A stretch of 64,000 nt of DNA from Candidatus Nealsonbacteria bacterium (GCA_030628945.1 DAOVPY010000002.1:23831-87830); one strand, 5' to 3'; counted from the first letter of the stretch, positions 8,712 to 18,346 are shown. Numbers and translations are program-made. The notes: generated from the sequence alone by a model not told the origin.

Positions 8712-8748
8712 ATTTACTTTTTAAGTAAAAATAGGTTAAGATAAAATA

Positions 8749-10185
8749 ATGGAAAAAATATCTAACATTAAAACAACCGAATATATCGGGAAACAAGTGA
8801 AAATTTGCGGCTGGGTTCAAACAAAAAGGTCGCATGGAAAAATTATTTTTATTGATTTGCGGGACAAATCAAGTTTGGTGCAAATTGTTTTCACCCCGAG
8901 TTCTAATATCTATAAATTAGCGCAAAAACTTCGGCCGGAATGGGTGCTCAAAATTCAGGGAGTTGTTAACAAAAGGCCGAAAGGAATGGAAAATCCAAAA
9001 CTTGAAACCGGAAAAATAGAAATTCAGGCGCGAAATCTTGAGGTTTTATTTCAAGCAAAAACTCTGCCCTTTTCAATTGATACCAATGGTTATGAAATAT
9101 CAGAAGAAAAACGGCTGAAATACCGCTATCTGGATTTAAGAAGGCCGCGGCTGAAAAAAAATCTGGAAATCCGGCAAAAAGTAATTCAATTTATGCGAAA
9201 TTTTTTAATTGAACGCGATTTTATTGAAATAGAAACTCCGCTCTTAACCAAATCAACGCCTGAGGGCTCAAGGGATTTCATAGTTCCTTCGCGATTGTAT
9301 CCTGGAAAATTTTACGCTCTGCCTCAAAGCCCCCAGCAGTATAAGCAAATGCTGATTGTGGCCGGTTTTGAGAAATATTTCCAGATTGCCAGATGTTTAA
9401 GAGATGAGGATATGCGCGGAAACAGACAAGCCGAACATACTCAATTGGATATTGAAATGGCTTTTGTTTCCAGAGAAGAAATTTTGGAATTGATAGAAAA
9501 ACTTTACATTGGCTTAGTGAAAAAAATATTTCCCGAGAAAAAAATTACCAAGATTCCTTTTATCCGGATGACCCACAAAGAGGCAATGAAAAAATACAAA
9601 AGCGACAAGCCGGATTTAAGAAAAAACAAAAAAGACCCGGATGAATTGGCTTTTGCTTTTATTACGGATTTTCCAATGTTCAAATGGCATGAAAATCCTT
9701 CGGCAGGGGCTTCGACTGAGCTCAGCCGAATGTCCTCAGGGCAAGGAAAATGGGGAGCGGAACATCATCCTTTTACAATGCCTCAAACAGAGGATATTAA
9801 AAAAATCAAAAAAGAGCCAAAGAATATTTTAGCTCTTCAGGACGATTTTGTGCTTAACGGACAGGAGATTGGCGGCGGTGGCATAAGAAATACAAATTTA
9901 GATGTCCTTACAGCTGTTTTCGAGGTTTGTGGGCACAAAAAAGCGGAAATTAAAAAGAATTTCAAAAATTATTTTGAAGCGTTTAGTTACGGAGTTCCGC
10001 CTCACGGAGGAATCGCGCCCGGCATAGACAGGTTTTTGGCAATAGTTCTAAACGAGCCCAATATCCGCGAAGTAATCGCATTTCCCAAGACAGGCGACAA
10101 CCGCGATTTAATGATGGACGTACCGAGTGAAGTAACGAACGAACAGTTAAAGGAATTGCATATTAAAATTGTAAAGAAAAAATAA
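8749..10185 (+). CDS. aspS: aspartyl-tRNA synthetase, short form without the large bacterial insertion domain
   Basis: FIDLRD, QSPQQYKQML, ARCLRDEDMRGNRQAEHTQLDIEMAF, GAEHHPFTMP, GGGIRN, PPHGGIAPGIDR. Confidence 0.95.
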   Translation: MEKISNIKTTEYIGKQVKICGWVQTKRSHGKIIFIDLRDKSSLVQIVFTPSSNIYKLAQKLRPEWVLKIQGVVNKRPKGMENPKLETGKIEIQARNLEVLFQAKTLPFSIDTNGYEISEEKRLKYRYLDLRRPRLKKNLEIRQKVIQFMRNFLIERDFIEIETPLLTKSTPEGSRDFIVPSRLYPGKFYALPQSPQQYKQMLIVAGFEKYFQIARCLRDEDMRGNRQAEHTQLDIEMAFVSREEILELIEKLYIGLVKKIFPEKKITKIPFIRMTHKEAMKKYKSDKPDLRKNKKDPDELAFAFITDFPMFKWHENPSAGASTELSRMSSGQGKWGAEHHPFTMPQTEDIKKIKKEPKNILALQDDFVLNGQEIGGGGIRNTNLDVLTAVFEVCGHKKAEIKKNFKNYFEAFSYGVPPHGGIAPGIDRFLAIVLNEPNIREVIAFPKTGDNRDLMMDVPSEVTNEQLKELHIKIVKKK

Positions 10186-10186
10186 A

Positions 10187-11107
10187 ATGAAACTAAAAAT
10201 TTTTATAATTGCGCTTTTGGTTAGTTTGCCTTTTTGGTGGGGCGCGAATATCCTGGAAAAAGATTTGCAAGAGATTTTCTATTGGCAGGAAATCGCGCGA
10301 AATCCCCAAATCCTTACAGCGCAGATTTATCCCGTTTATAATAGAGCAAATCAACAAAATTTAGAAATTTCCGCAAAAGCCGCGATTTGTGTTTATTCAA
10401 ACGGGAATAAAGAGAAAATCCTTTTTGAAAAAAACAGCGATAAAAAACTGCCAATTGCCAGTTTGTCCAAGTTAATGACCGCTCTGGTTGCTTTAGAACA
10501 TTATGATATGGAGCAGATTGTAAAAATTAGCAAAAGAGCGGCTGAACAGCCGGGAATTGACGCTGGAAAATTAAAAACTGGAGAAAAATTCCATGCAAAA
10601 GATGTTCTTTGGGCTATGCTGATAGGGTCAAATAACAGCGCCGCGTACGCTTTGGCTGAAATGATTAACGAGCAGGGATTTGTAGGGTTGATGAATTTGG
10701 AAGCAAAAAAAATCCACTTAGAAAACACTGTTTTCAAAAATCCCACCGGATTAGACCATTCGCAGCAATATTCTACTGCAAAGGATTTAGTAAAATTAAC
10801 TAATGAGCTGTTAGACAAGCATCCTGTGATATGGGAAATCCTTGTTAAACCTGAATTTGAACTCTGCTCTGTTGATAAAGCTTTCTCTTATAAATTTTTT
10901 AACACCAACGAACTTTTGGGAGAAATACCTTTAATTGTCGGAGGAAAAACAGGCGAAACCCCTAACGCAAATGGATGCTTTATTTTGGTTCTGAAAACGC
11001 AGGATAACGGATATTTGATAAACGTAATTTTGGGAAGCAATGACAGGTTTGGAGAAATGAAAAAACTAATCCACGAACAAATGAGCAAATTCAGAAAACA
11101 ATTTTAA
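10187..11107 (+). CDS. serine-type D-Ala-D-Ala carboxypeptidase (PBP5/S11-like)
   Basis: N-terminal signal/TM. SxxK (ASLSKLMT), SxN (GSNNSAA) and KTG (GGKTGET) motifs. Confidence 0.8.
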   Translation: MKLKIFIIALLVSLPFWWGANILEKDLQEIFYWQEIARNPQILTAQIYPVYNRANQQNLEISAKAAICVYSNGNKEKILFEKNSDKKLPIASLSKLMTALVALEHYDMEQIVKISKRAAEQPGIDAGKLKTGEKFHAKDVLWAMLIGSNNSAAYALAEMINEQGFVGLMNLEAKKIHLENTVFKNPTGLDHSQQYSTAKDLVKLTNELLDKHPVIWEILVKPEFELCSVDKAFSYKFFNTNELLGEIPLIVGGKTGETPNANGCFILVLKTQDNGYLINVILGSNDRFGEMKKLIHEQMSKFRKQF

Positions 11108-11128
11108 TGAGTATTAGGAGGCAAAATT

Positions 11129-11198
11129 GCTCGGTTTTCGCTCCAGCGAAAAATTTTGCGGACGCTTAAGCGAGTTTTGCCGCTGGAGCAAAACGAGC
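11129..11198. repeat. intergenic compound hairpin
   Basis: gctcggttttcgctccagcg pairs with cgctggagcaaaacgagc. Central palindrome cgcttaagcg. GC-richer than the flanks. Confidence 0.6.
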
Positions 11199-11240
11199 GG
11201 CTCGTTAAAATTGTTTTCTAAATTTGCTTCTATAACTATT

Positions 11241-12320
11241 ATGTCCCGCAAAAATATATTATTATTTTCATTGTTCGCAGTAATAATCCTGTTTGTATTG
11301 CTTTTGGTTTTTAAAGACAAAATTTTTCAAATTTCTGAAAACAACGAACAGATGGAAGAAACTAATTTATTTCATCCGGTTTTATTGGATTGGAAGCAGG
11401 CAACCTCAAGCGCGCCATGGTCAAAAAGGGACGCGGCCACAACACTGGTTTTTCAGGACAAAATTTGGCTGTTCGGAGGAATAGAGGGAAAGGATAATTT
11501 TGACAACAGATATTGGAAGCTTGTTCACAAAAATGATGTTTGGAATTCAGAGGATGGGAAAAACTGGAAATTAGTTCAGGATAGCGCTGATTGGAAGCCA
11601 AGAAGATCTTTGACAGCGATTAATTTTCAAGATAAAATTTGGCTGCTCGGAGGATGGGAAAAACAGAGCGGCTTGACAAAAAACGATGTCTGGCATTCTG
11701 AAAACGGAATAAACTGGATACAAGCTGTTTCTACTTCTTCGGATAAATGGAGTCCGCGCGAAGGCCATTGCGCTGTTGTTTTTGACAATAAAATTTGGGT
11801 GCTCGGAGGAGTGGATTTTGACAAAAGACAATGTAAAAATGATGTTTGGTATTCCGAGGACGGAAAAAATTGGCGCCTTGCAACGTCTTTTGCTCCATGG
11901 TCACCGAGATACGACCATACAGTAACCGTGTTTAAAAATAAAATGTGGATGATAGGGGGTGTTGGATTGGACCAGGATGGAGACGCTAAAAATGATGTTT
12001 GGGTTTCAGAAAACGGCAAAGATTGGAGCAGGATAACAACTAATATTATATTGCCCGAAAGACACGGGCATACTTCTGTTGTCTATAAAGATAGAATTTG
12101 GCTGCTCAGCGGCTGGAATACTCAAAAAAATAAGGGCTTAAAAGATGTTTGGTGGTCAAGAGACGGCGAACATTGGTCAAAAACTTCAGAAGATACTCCC
12201 TGGCTCGGAAGAGAAGACCATACTTCAATTGTTTTTCAGGATAAAATTTGGATAATGGGAGGAATGGATACTAATTGGGACTGGAAAAATGATGTCTGGT
12301 ATTCATCTTCCTCTTTTTAA
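11241..12320 (+). CDS. membrane-anchored Kelch-like beta-propeller repeat protein
   Basis: Start moved to MSRKNILLFSLFAVIILFVLLLV. About 7 repeats of W..R..H..VVF..KIW..GG...NDVW.SEDGKNW. Confidence 0.7.
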   Translation: MSRKNILLFSLFAVIILFVLLLVFKDKIFQISENNEQMEETNLFHPVLLDWKQATSSAPWSKRDAATTLVFQDKIWLFGGIEGKDNFDNRYWKLVHKNDVWNSEDGKNWKLVQDSADWKPRRSLTAINFQDKIWLLGGWEKQSGLTKNDVWHSENGINWIQAVSTSSDKWSPREGHCAVVFDNKIWVLGGVDFDKRQCKNDVWYSEDGKNWRLATSFAPWSPRYDHTVTVFKNKMWMIGGVGLDQDGDAKNDVWVSENGKDWSRITTNIILPERHGHTSVVYKDRIWLLSGWNTQKNKGLKDVWWSRDGEHWSKTSEDTPWLGREDHTSIVFQDKIWIMGGMDTNWDWKNDVWYSSSSF

Positions 12321-12325
12321 AAAAA

Positions 12326-12895
12326 ATGTCTAAAATTTATTTATTTTTTATTTTAATAGGAATTATTTTGGGAATTTTTGTTTCGCAGTTTATTATTCCT
12401 AAAATAGAAACATTTTTGGTTCCCATATTAGAAAAAACTTCCGAGGAAGAAGCGTTTATTCGGTCTGGCCAAACTGATTCGTTGGAAAAAGAAATTCGCG
12501 CGGTTTGCAAAAAAACTCAAAAAGGAAAATGGGCAGAAGTTGATCTTGAACAGCAAAAATTAAGAATGTGCGAAAATGGAAATATAATACAAGAATTTCA
12601 AATTTCCAGCGGCAAAAAAGAAAGTCCCACCCCTACTGGCTGGTTTCGGGTAATTTATAAAACGCCTGTTCTTTATTCCAACCTTGCCCAAAGCTGGATG
12701 CCGTTTTGGGTTGGATTTGGCGGCGATTATGGTTTTCATGAACTTCCGGTCAGCAAAGAAAGAGAAGTAAGGGTTGGAGGAGATAAAATCGGCCAGCCCG
12801 ATTCCATAGGTTGTATCAGATTAAACGTGGGGGACGCGGAAAAATTTTATCAATGGGCGGAAATTGAGACGAAAATTGTAATTTTAGAGAAGTAA
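12326..12895 (+). CDS. L,D-transpeptidase (YkuD domain)
   Basis: N-terminal TM. TPTGWFRV, YGFHELP and SIGCIRL supply the catalytic His/Cys motif. Confidence 0.85.
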   Translation: MSKIYLFFILIGIILGIFVSQFIIPKIETFLVPILEKTSEEEAFIRSGQTDSLEKEIRAVCKKTQKGKWAEVDLEQQKLRMCENGNIIQEFQISSGKKESPTPTGWFRVIYKTPVLYSNLAQSWMPFWVGFGGDYGFHELPVSKEREVRVGGDKIGQPDSIGCIRLNVGDAEKFYQWAEIETKIVILEK

Positions 12896-12896
12896 A

Positions 12897-13988
12897 ATGG
12901 AGCCAATAACTATTAATGTTATAAAAATTTTTGCTCTCGGCGTTTGTTCTTTTATTTTTGCTTTTTCAGCAACTCCGATTTTAACTCATTTTTTGTACAA
13001 ACATAAACTCTGGCGGAAAGAAGTGAGAGAAAAGGCAATAGACGGAGGCGATTTGCCTTATTTTCAAAAATTTCACAAGCAGGGAGAAACCCATATTCCC
13101 AGATTTGGCGGGCTTTTAATCTGGCTCACGCCCCTGTTTTTAGCGGGATTATTTTTTTTCCTGGCAAAAACCAATTTTTACTGGTTTCAAAAACTGAATT
13201 TTTTAAGCCGCTCCCAGACCTGGCTGCCTTTGTTTGCGTTAGGCGCGGCTTCTTTGGTTGGTTTTGTTGATGATATTCTACAAGTTGTGGCTCCCCCTTC
13301 TCAAAGATTTTTAAGAAAAATTTGGGAAAGTCAATATATTGCGCGTGGTTTGGCTCTCAGGCACCGGCTTTTTTTAGTCGGCTTAATCGGTCTTATTGGC
13401 GGCTGGTGGTTTTTTGAAAAATTGGGCTGGAATACTCTGCATATACCCGGAGGAGGAGATTTGGAAATCGGCATTTTATACATTCCTCTTTTTATATTAG
13501 TAACAATGGCGGCATACAGCGGCGGCGTAATTGACGGCTTGGACGGTTTGGCTGGCGGAGCTTTTGCTTCTATATTTGGCGCTTATGCCGCTATTGCTTT
13601 AAGTCAAGGCCAGGTTGATATTGCCGCCTTCTGCGCTGTGATTTTGGGCGCTTTGCTCGCTTTTTTATGGTTTAACATTCCGCCCGCCAGATTTTATATG
13701 GGGGAAACTGGAATAATGGGCCTTTGTGTTGTCCTTACAGTAATTGCTTTTTTAACTGATTCTGTTTTAGTTCTGCCGATTATCGGATTTTTACTTGTTA
13801 TTGAAGCCGGTTCAGTCATCTTGCAACTTCTTTCCAAAAAATTCCGGCATAAAAAATTATTTTTAGCGGCTCCTTTGCACCTTCATTTTGAGGCAAAGGG
13901 CTGGCCTCACTACAAAATAACAATGCGTTTCTGGGTCATTGGTATTGTTATGGCAACAATCGGCGTAGCAATCAGGTTGCTTGGTTGA
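12897..13988 (+). CDS. mraY: phospho-N-acetylmuramoyl-pentapeptide transferase
   Basis: Polytopic. VIDGLDGLAGG, and C-terminal APLHLHFEAKGWPHYKITMRFWVIG typical of MraY. Confidence 0.85.
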   Translation: MEPITINVIKIFALGVCSFIFAFSATPILTHFLYKHKLWRKEVREKAIDGGDLPYFQKFHKQGETHIPRFGGLLIWLTPLFLAGLFFFLAKTNFYWFQKLNFLSRSQTWLPLFALGAASLVGFVDDILQVVAPPSQRFLRKIWESQYIARGLALRHRLFLVGLIGLIGGWWFFEKLGWNTLHIPGGGDLEIGILYIPLFILVTMAAYSGGVIDGLDGLAGGAFASIFGAYAAIALSQGQVDIAAFCAVILGALLAFLWFNIPPARFYMGETGIMGLCVVLTVIAFLTDSVLVLPIIGFLLVIEAGSVILQLLSKKFRHKKLFLAAPLHLHFEAKGWPHYKITMRFWVIGIVMATIGVAIRLLG

Positions 13989-14066
13989 TGGATTTGACTA
14001 TTTTTGAAATTTAGTATAAACAAAAAGCAAGACCGCAATTTAAAAACAGAAGAGGGAAAGAAAAAA

Positions 14067-14936
14067 ATGAAAGCAGAAATAAAAGCGGTTAAACCGCGGA
14101 TTTGGAATTTTGAAGTTGTGAAAGGAAAAAACGCCTGGGAAGAAGTTGTTGAATGCGCCAGGTTGTCTAATGTGCCTAAAATCATTGAAGACGAAATTGT
14201 TTTTTTGATGATGATTGAAAATGATTATGGCTCTATTTTAGAACATATAGGTATAAAATTTAATATTCAAATGAGTAAAGGATGCGCATTGGAATTACTT
14301 GAACACAGAATAGCAAGCCATTCTGCCGCGTCAACGCGATACAGCGACGCTAACAAAATGATACAAGGGCGAGAATCTGTTTACGAAATAATTATGCCGT
14401 GGGAATATCTGTCGTTGCCGGAAAACGACCCTAAAAGAGTTTCATTTTTACGGTCTGTTAAACGAGACATAGAAACTTATCAATATGAATTAAAAGAATT
14501 AGGCGCAAGAAGAGAAAGCGCGCGATATAATCTGCCGTTTGCGCACGCAGCAGGAATATATCATTACACTATAAATTTAAGATCTTTGTTGAATTTTTTT
14601 GGTTTGCGATTATGCGTACGCGCGTCAGATGAGATTCGTTCCGTCGCGGCTCAATTATATTTTGAACTTTTGAAAGTTTTACCAAATGTTAGGGGACTAG
14701 TTGGCTGCCGTGGATTTGCTCTGGCGGTTTGCCTGGAAAATAATGTTACAGGAGTCAGAAAAGGCAAACCGCTTTCAGGATATTCGCCTTGCTTATTTAG
14801 AAATCCAAAGAGCGATATTTATATTGCAACAAAGAAAGAAATAAGAAAGGGACTAGTTTTGCAAAAATTCAATTTAGAAAAAGCGATAAAAACCCAAACA
14901 AAAATCTTCAAAAAATGGGCTGCCTGGGAGGGATAA
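14067..14936 (+). CDS. divergent ThyX-like (Thy1 family) protein
   Basis: Start moved to MKAEIKAV behind a GAGGGAAAG RBS. The ThyX signature reads EHRIASHSAASTRY rather than RHR..S....S.RY. ARYNLP and NLRSLLNFFGLR are also present. Cys-rich C-terminal extension. Confidence 0.6.
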   Translation: MKAEIKAVKPRIWNFEVVKGKNAWEEVVECARLSNVPKIIEDEIVFLMMIENDYGSILEHIGIKFNIQMSKGCALELLEHRIASHSAASTRYSDANKMIQGRESVYEIIMPWEYLSLPENDPKRVSFLRSVKRDIETYQYELKELGARRESARYNLPFAHAAGIYHYTINLRSLLNFFGLRLCVRASDEIRSVAAQLYFELLKVLPNVRGLVGCRGFALAVCLENNVTGVRKGKPLSGYSPCLFRNPKSDIYIATKKEIRKGLVLQKFNLEKAIKTQTKIFKKWAAWEG

Positions 14937-14947
14937 TATTCAAAAAA

Positions 14948-14974
14948 AATCGGATTAAGAAATTTAATCCGATT
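14948..14974 (+). terminator. rho-independent terminator after the thyX-like gene
   Basis: aatcggattaa-gaaat-ttaatccgatt followed by tttt. Confidence 0.7.
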
Positions 14975-15016
14975 TTTGCTTTCAGAAGAGTTTTAAGTTA
15001 TAATAAGATAAAAAAC

Positions 15017-16519
15017 ATGAGGAAAATTGATATTTTAAGAAAAAAATATCCGCGATTTGTTTATAAGAGCTATTCTTACAAAATAACCGGCAAAAACCTG
15101 GAGATTTTTTTTGACTTCAAAATTCGCGATATTTCTTTTAAACCGAGGATAATCATTAAAAATATTGGCAAAAAACAACTGGCATTGCTGGAAAAAGGAG
15201 TATTAAATAATTTTATTTTTCATCTTGGCATGATGGAAATTCCCAGTTATTGGAAAACAACCTGCTCTCCAATAATTGAGGTCAAAGCCGGCTATCTGTC
15301 AAAAGAACAAATTAAGTGGTGGAAGGACTTTATTGTAAATGGAATGGGGCAGTTTTTTTACGAAAACAAAATCAACTTCACAAAGCCAAACTTTTTTAGA
15401 ATTATTTCAAATCAACAAAGATTTAACGGAGAACAGTTCTCCGTTAATTTAACGGAGAACTGTTCTCCGTTATCTTTTGCGAAAAACAGAGTGTTAATTC
15501 CGATGGGCGAAGGCAAAGATTCAATCGTAACATTAGAGTTATTAAAGCAGGAATTTGGAAAGAGCGGTGTAAATTGCTTTATTGTTAATCCTGCAAAAAA
15601 CCATTTTCAGATTCTAAAAATCGCCGGAATTGAGGAGCCAATAATTGTAGAGCGAAAAATTGACCCTCTTTTGTTGAAACTTTATAAGCAAGGATTTCTA
15701 AACGGACACACTCCGATTACAGCCCTGATTTCTAATTTAGCTGTTTTTACGGCTGTTTTATTCGGTTTCAACTATGTGGCGCTGTCCTGCGAAAGAAGCG
15801 CTAACGAAGAAAATATAAAATACCTCGGAAAAACAATCAATCACCAGTGGTCCAAAAGTTTTGAATTTGAAAAAAAATTCAGAAATTATTTAGATACATA
15901 CTTAATAAACTACTCTCTTATTCGCGCGAATAAGAGAGTAAAAAAGGTGAATTATTTCAGTTTTTTGAGGCCGTTGTATGAAATTCAAATCGCCAAGATT
16001 TTCTCAAATTTTCCGCAATATTTTTCAAGTTTTCTAAGCTGTAATGAGGCCAGAAAAACAAAGTCGGGAACCAAAAAAGCCACAGGCCAATGGTGCGGCA
16101 ATTGTTCAAAATGCCTGTTTATCTTTAGCATCTTATACCCTTTTATTGACGAGAAAAGATTGATTAAAATTTTTGGGCAAAATCTTTTTGAAAAAAAAGA
16201 ATTGTTGCCAATAATGAAACAGCTTCTTAAAAAGAAAGAAACTAAACCCTTTGAGTGTGTAGGCACAAAAAAAGAATCTTTGATCGCTTTTTACCTGAGC
16301 TGGGAGAAAGCAAAAAATTTGAATTTTTCGACAGGGGTACAAAAAGTCAAATTTTCTTTGTCTTCACTTCCTCCCCTTTTGGAATATTTTGAGAAACAAA
16401 TTTTGCCGAAATATCCAAATCTTGAAAAACAATCCGAAAAAATGATGAATTCGTGGAACAAGCAAAATTATGTTCCGAAAGAATTAGAAAAAGCGTTGAA
16501 GTTGAAATTTAAAAATTAA
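15017..16519 (+). CDS. hypothetical protein with a PP-loop-like ATP pyrophosphatase motif
   Basis: Start moved to MRKIDILRKKYPRF, after the terminator. IPMGEGKDSIV resembles the SGGKDS PP-loop. C-terminal WCGNCSKCLF cysteine motif. Confidence 0.6.
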   Translation: MRKIDILRKKYPRFVYKSYSYKITGKNLEIFFDFKIRDISFKPRIIIKNIGKKQLALLEKGVLNNFIFHLGMMEIPSYWKTTCSPIIEVKAGYLSKEQIKWWKDFIVNGMGQFFYENKINFTKPNFFRIISNQQRFNGEQFSVNLTENCSPLSFAKNRVLIPMGEGKDSIVTLELLKQEFGKSGVNCFIVNPAKNHFQILKIAGIEEPIIVERKIDPLLLKLYKQGFLNGHTPITALISNLAVFTAVLFGFNYVALSCERSANEENIKYLGKTINHQWSKSFEFEKKFRNYLDTYLINYSLIRANKRVKKVNYFSFLRPLYEIQIAKIFSNFPQYFSSFLSCNEARKTKSGTKKATGQWCGNCSKCLFIFSILYPFIDEKRLIKIFGQNLFEKKELLPIMKQLLKKKETKPFECVGTKKESLIAFYLSWEKAKNLNFSTGVQKVKFSLSSLPPLLEYFEKQILPKYPNLEKQSEKMMNSWNKQNYVPKELEKALKLKFKN

Positions 16520-16574
16520 AATCCCCTGATTAAAAAACCAAGGAATTTGCTTGAATTGAAAAAATAGCAACTGT

Positions 16575-17093
16575 TTAGGACTCTTTGCCGTATTGGCATT
16601 GGTCGTCAAGAATGTCTTTTGCTTGCCAATCCTCTACCCATTCTTGAATTTTGAAAATTTTATATTTTTTATTTTTTGTGGAACAAATCACTCTATTTAA
16701 GCCGGCGTTAATAAGCATTTTTTTGCAAATAAAACAAGGTAAAGCGTCTATTGCCTTGCCCTGCTCATCCTCTCCGCACAGAAACATATCACCGCGAAGC
16801 AAACTTACTCCCGCGCGCGCGGAATTAATTATAGCGTTCTGCTCGGCATGGACCGAACGGCAAATTTCATAACGTTGTCCGTGAGGGATATCCAATTTAT
16901 TGCGAAGGCATTCCCCTCTTTCAAAACAATCTTTTGTTTTCCTGGGCGCTCCGTTATAACCAGTAGCAATAATCTGGTCGTCGCAGACAATAATCGCGCC
17001 GAATTTAACCCGAAAACAGGTTGACCTCTGAGCCACCTGTTTAGCGATATCCAAATAATATTGTTCTTTGGAAATCCTAGACATATTATTCAA
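16575..17093 (-). CDS. deoxycytidylate (dCMP) deaminase
   Basis: Zinc motifs VHAEQNAI and [13 protein letters not shown]. 172 aa. Confidence 0.85.
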   Translation of the reverse strand: MNNMSRISKEQYYLDIAKQVAQRSTCFRVKFGAIIVCDDQIIATGYNGAPRKTKDCFERGECLRNKLDIPHGQRYEICRSVHAEQNAIINSARAGVSLLRGDMFLCGEDEQGKAIDALPCFICKKMLINAGLNRVICSTKNKKYKIFKIQEWVEDWQAKDILDDQCQYGKES

Positions 17094-17505
17094 TTTCTAT
17101 CCCCATATTTCTTGCAGTGCCTTCAATTATCTTCATTGCCTGTTCAATGTCCTCGGTATTTAAATCGGGCATCTTTTTTTCAGCGATTTCTTTAAGTTGG
17201 GTTTTGGAAATTTTAGCGACCTTGATCTTATTGGGCGTTGCCGAGCCCTTTTCAATCCCAGCGGCTTTTTTTAGAAGTTCTGAAACTAATGGCTGTTTCA
17301 ATTTAAAATCATAAGTCCTGTCCCCATAGACCATAATTTCTATCGGAATTTTAAAACCCGCCTTGTCTTTAGTGGCGTCATTGAACTTTTGGCAGAATTC
17401 AGCAATATTTAAGCCGTGCTGGGCTAATGCCGGACCCACTGGAGGCGCCGGGGTTGCTTGACCGGCAGGTATTTGTAATTTAATTATGGCTTTGACTTTT
17501 TTCAT
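17086..17505 (-). CDS. rplK: 50S ribosomal protein L11
   Basis: [26 protein letters not shown], typical L11 N-terminus. Confidence 0.95.
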   Translation of the reverse strand: MKKVKAIIKLQIPAGQATPAPPVGPALAQHGLNIAEFCQKFNDATKDKAGFKIPIEIMVYGDRTYDFKLKQPLVSELLKKAAGIEKGSATPNKIKVAKISKTQLKEIAEKKMPDLNTEDIEQAMKIIEGTARNMGIEIE

Positions 17506-18047
17506 ACTTTTTTGATTTGAAGAGAATCCAGTTCAACGGGCGTATCTCTGCCAAACATATTCACCAAGACCTTTACCTTTCCTTTTTCTTCGTCAATTTC
17601 TGAAACCTTACCGTCAAAATCCTTAAAAGGTCCGTCAGTAATTTTTACAAGGTCTCCAATCTCAACATCAATTTTATATTGCGGTTCTTCGGCTCCGAGC
17701 CGTTTTTTTAAATTCTCAACTTCGGCTAAAGAAACCGGGATCGGCGTGGTTCCGGCTCCGACAAAACCGGTCACATTTGGGGTATTTCTAATCACATACC
17801 AGGAATCATCAGTAACAATCATTTCCACTAAAATATAACCGGGATAAAGCTTTCCCTCAACCACCTTTCTTTTGCCCCCTTTGATTCTAATTTTTTTCTC
17901 TTTCGGCACCAGAACATTAAAAATTTTATCTTCCATACCTAAACTCTCCACTCTTTGATTTAAGGCCTTTGCCACCGCATCTTCGTAACCGGAATAAGTG
18001 TGGATTACATACCAGCTTCTTTTTTGAGAAATTTGCTGTTTAGACAT
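17502..18047 (-). CDS. nusG: transcription antitermination factor NusG
   Basis: [14 protein letters not shown], plus a KOW region [18 protein letters not shown]. Confidence 0.95.
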   Translation of the reverse strand: MSKQQISQKRSWYVIHTYSGYEDAVAKALNQRVESLGMEDKIFNVLVPKEKKIRIKGGKRKVVEGKLYPGYILVEMIVTDDSWYVIRNTPNVTGFVGAGTTPIPVSLAEVENLKKRLGAEEPQYKIDVEIGDLVKITDGPFKDFDGKVSEIDEEKGKVKVLVNMFGRDTPVELDSLQIKKV

Positions 18048-18064
18048 ACTCGCTATTGCTCAAA

Positions 18065-18277
18065 TTAAAAATTTCTCTGAATTCCCTTTTCCAGTAATAT
18101 CGTAAATAAAAAATCCAGGCCTCCAAGAAATATGGCGACCGCGACCGAGGCGACGATAACAATCAAAGTGTATTTTAAAATCTGCTCCTGATTTGGCCAG
18201 TTAACTTTTTTGAGTTCTATCCGAACCTCGCCTAAAAAAGTAATAATTTTATTAATGAATTTCATATTTTTTTTCAT
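18065..18277 (-). CDS. secE: preprotein translocase subunit SecE
   Basis: Start moved to MKKNMKFINKIITFLGEVRIELKKVNWP. Single C-terminal TM. secE-nusG-rplK order. Confidence 0.8.
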   Translation of the reverse strand: MKKNMKFINKIITFLGEVRIELKKVNWPNQEQILKYTLIVIVASVAVAIFLGGLDFLFTILLEKGIQRNF

Positions 18278-18346
18278 CTTAAAAAGACCTCGCGGCCTTT
18301 TTAAGTATATTAACAAAACCAAACCTCTGTGTCAATGCCGCATTAA

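Noticed and set aside
11127-11240. N-terminal extension of the track ORF 11127..12320 (MLGFRSSEKFCGRLSEF...)
   Set aside because: It reads through a GC-rich intergenic hairpin. A Met followed by a clean signal-anchor sequence (MSRKNILLFSLF...) at 11241 is the more plausible start.
14915-15016. N-terminal extension of track ORF 14915..16519, overlapping the thyX-like gene
   Set aside because: The extension contains a strong terminator hairpin (14948-14974). An internal Met at 15017 follows it. Similar trimming was applied at 14004-14066, 18278-18322, 29905-29940, 30413-30514, 36898-36936 and 52439-52510.
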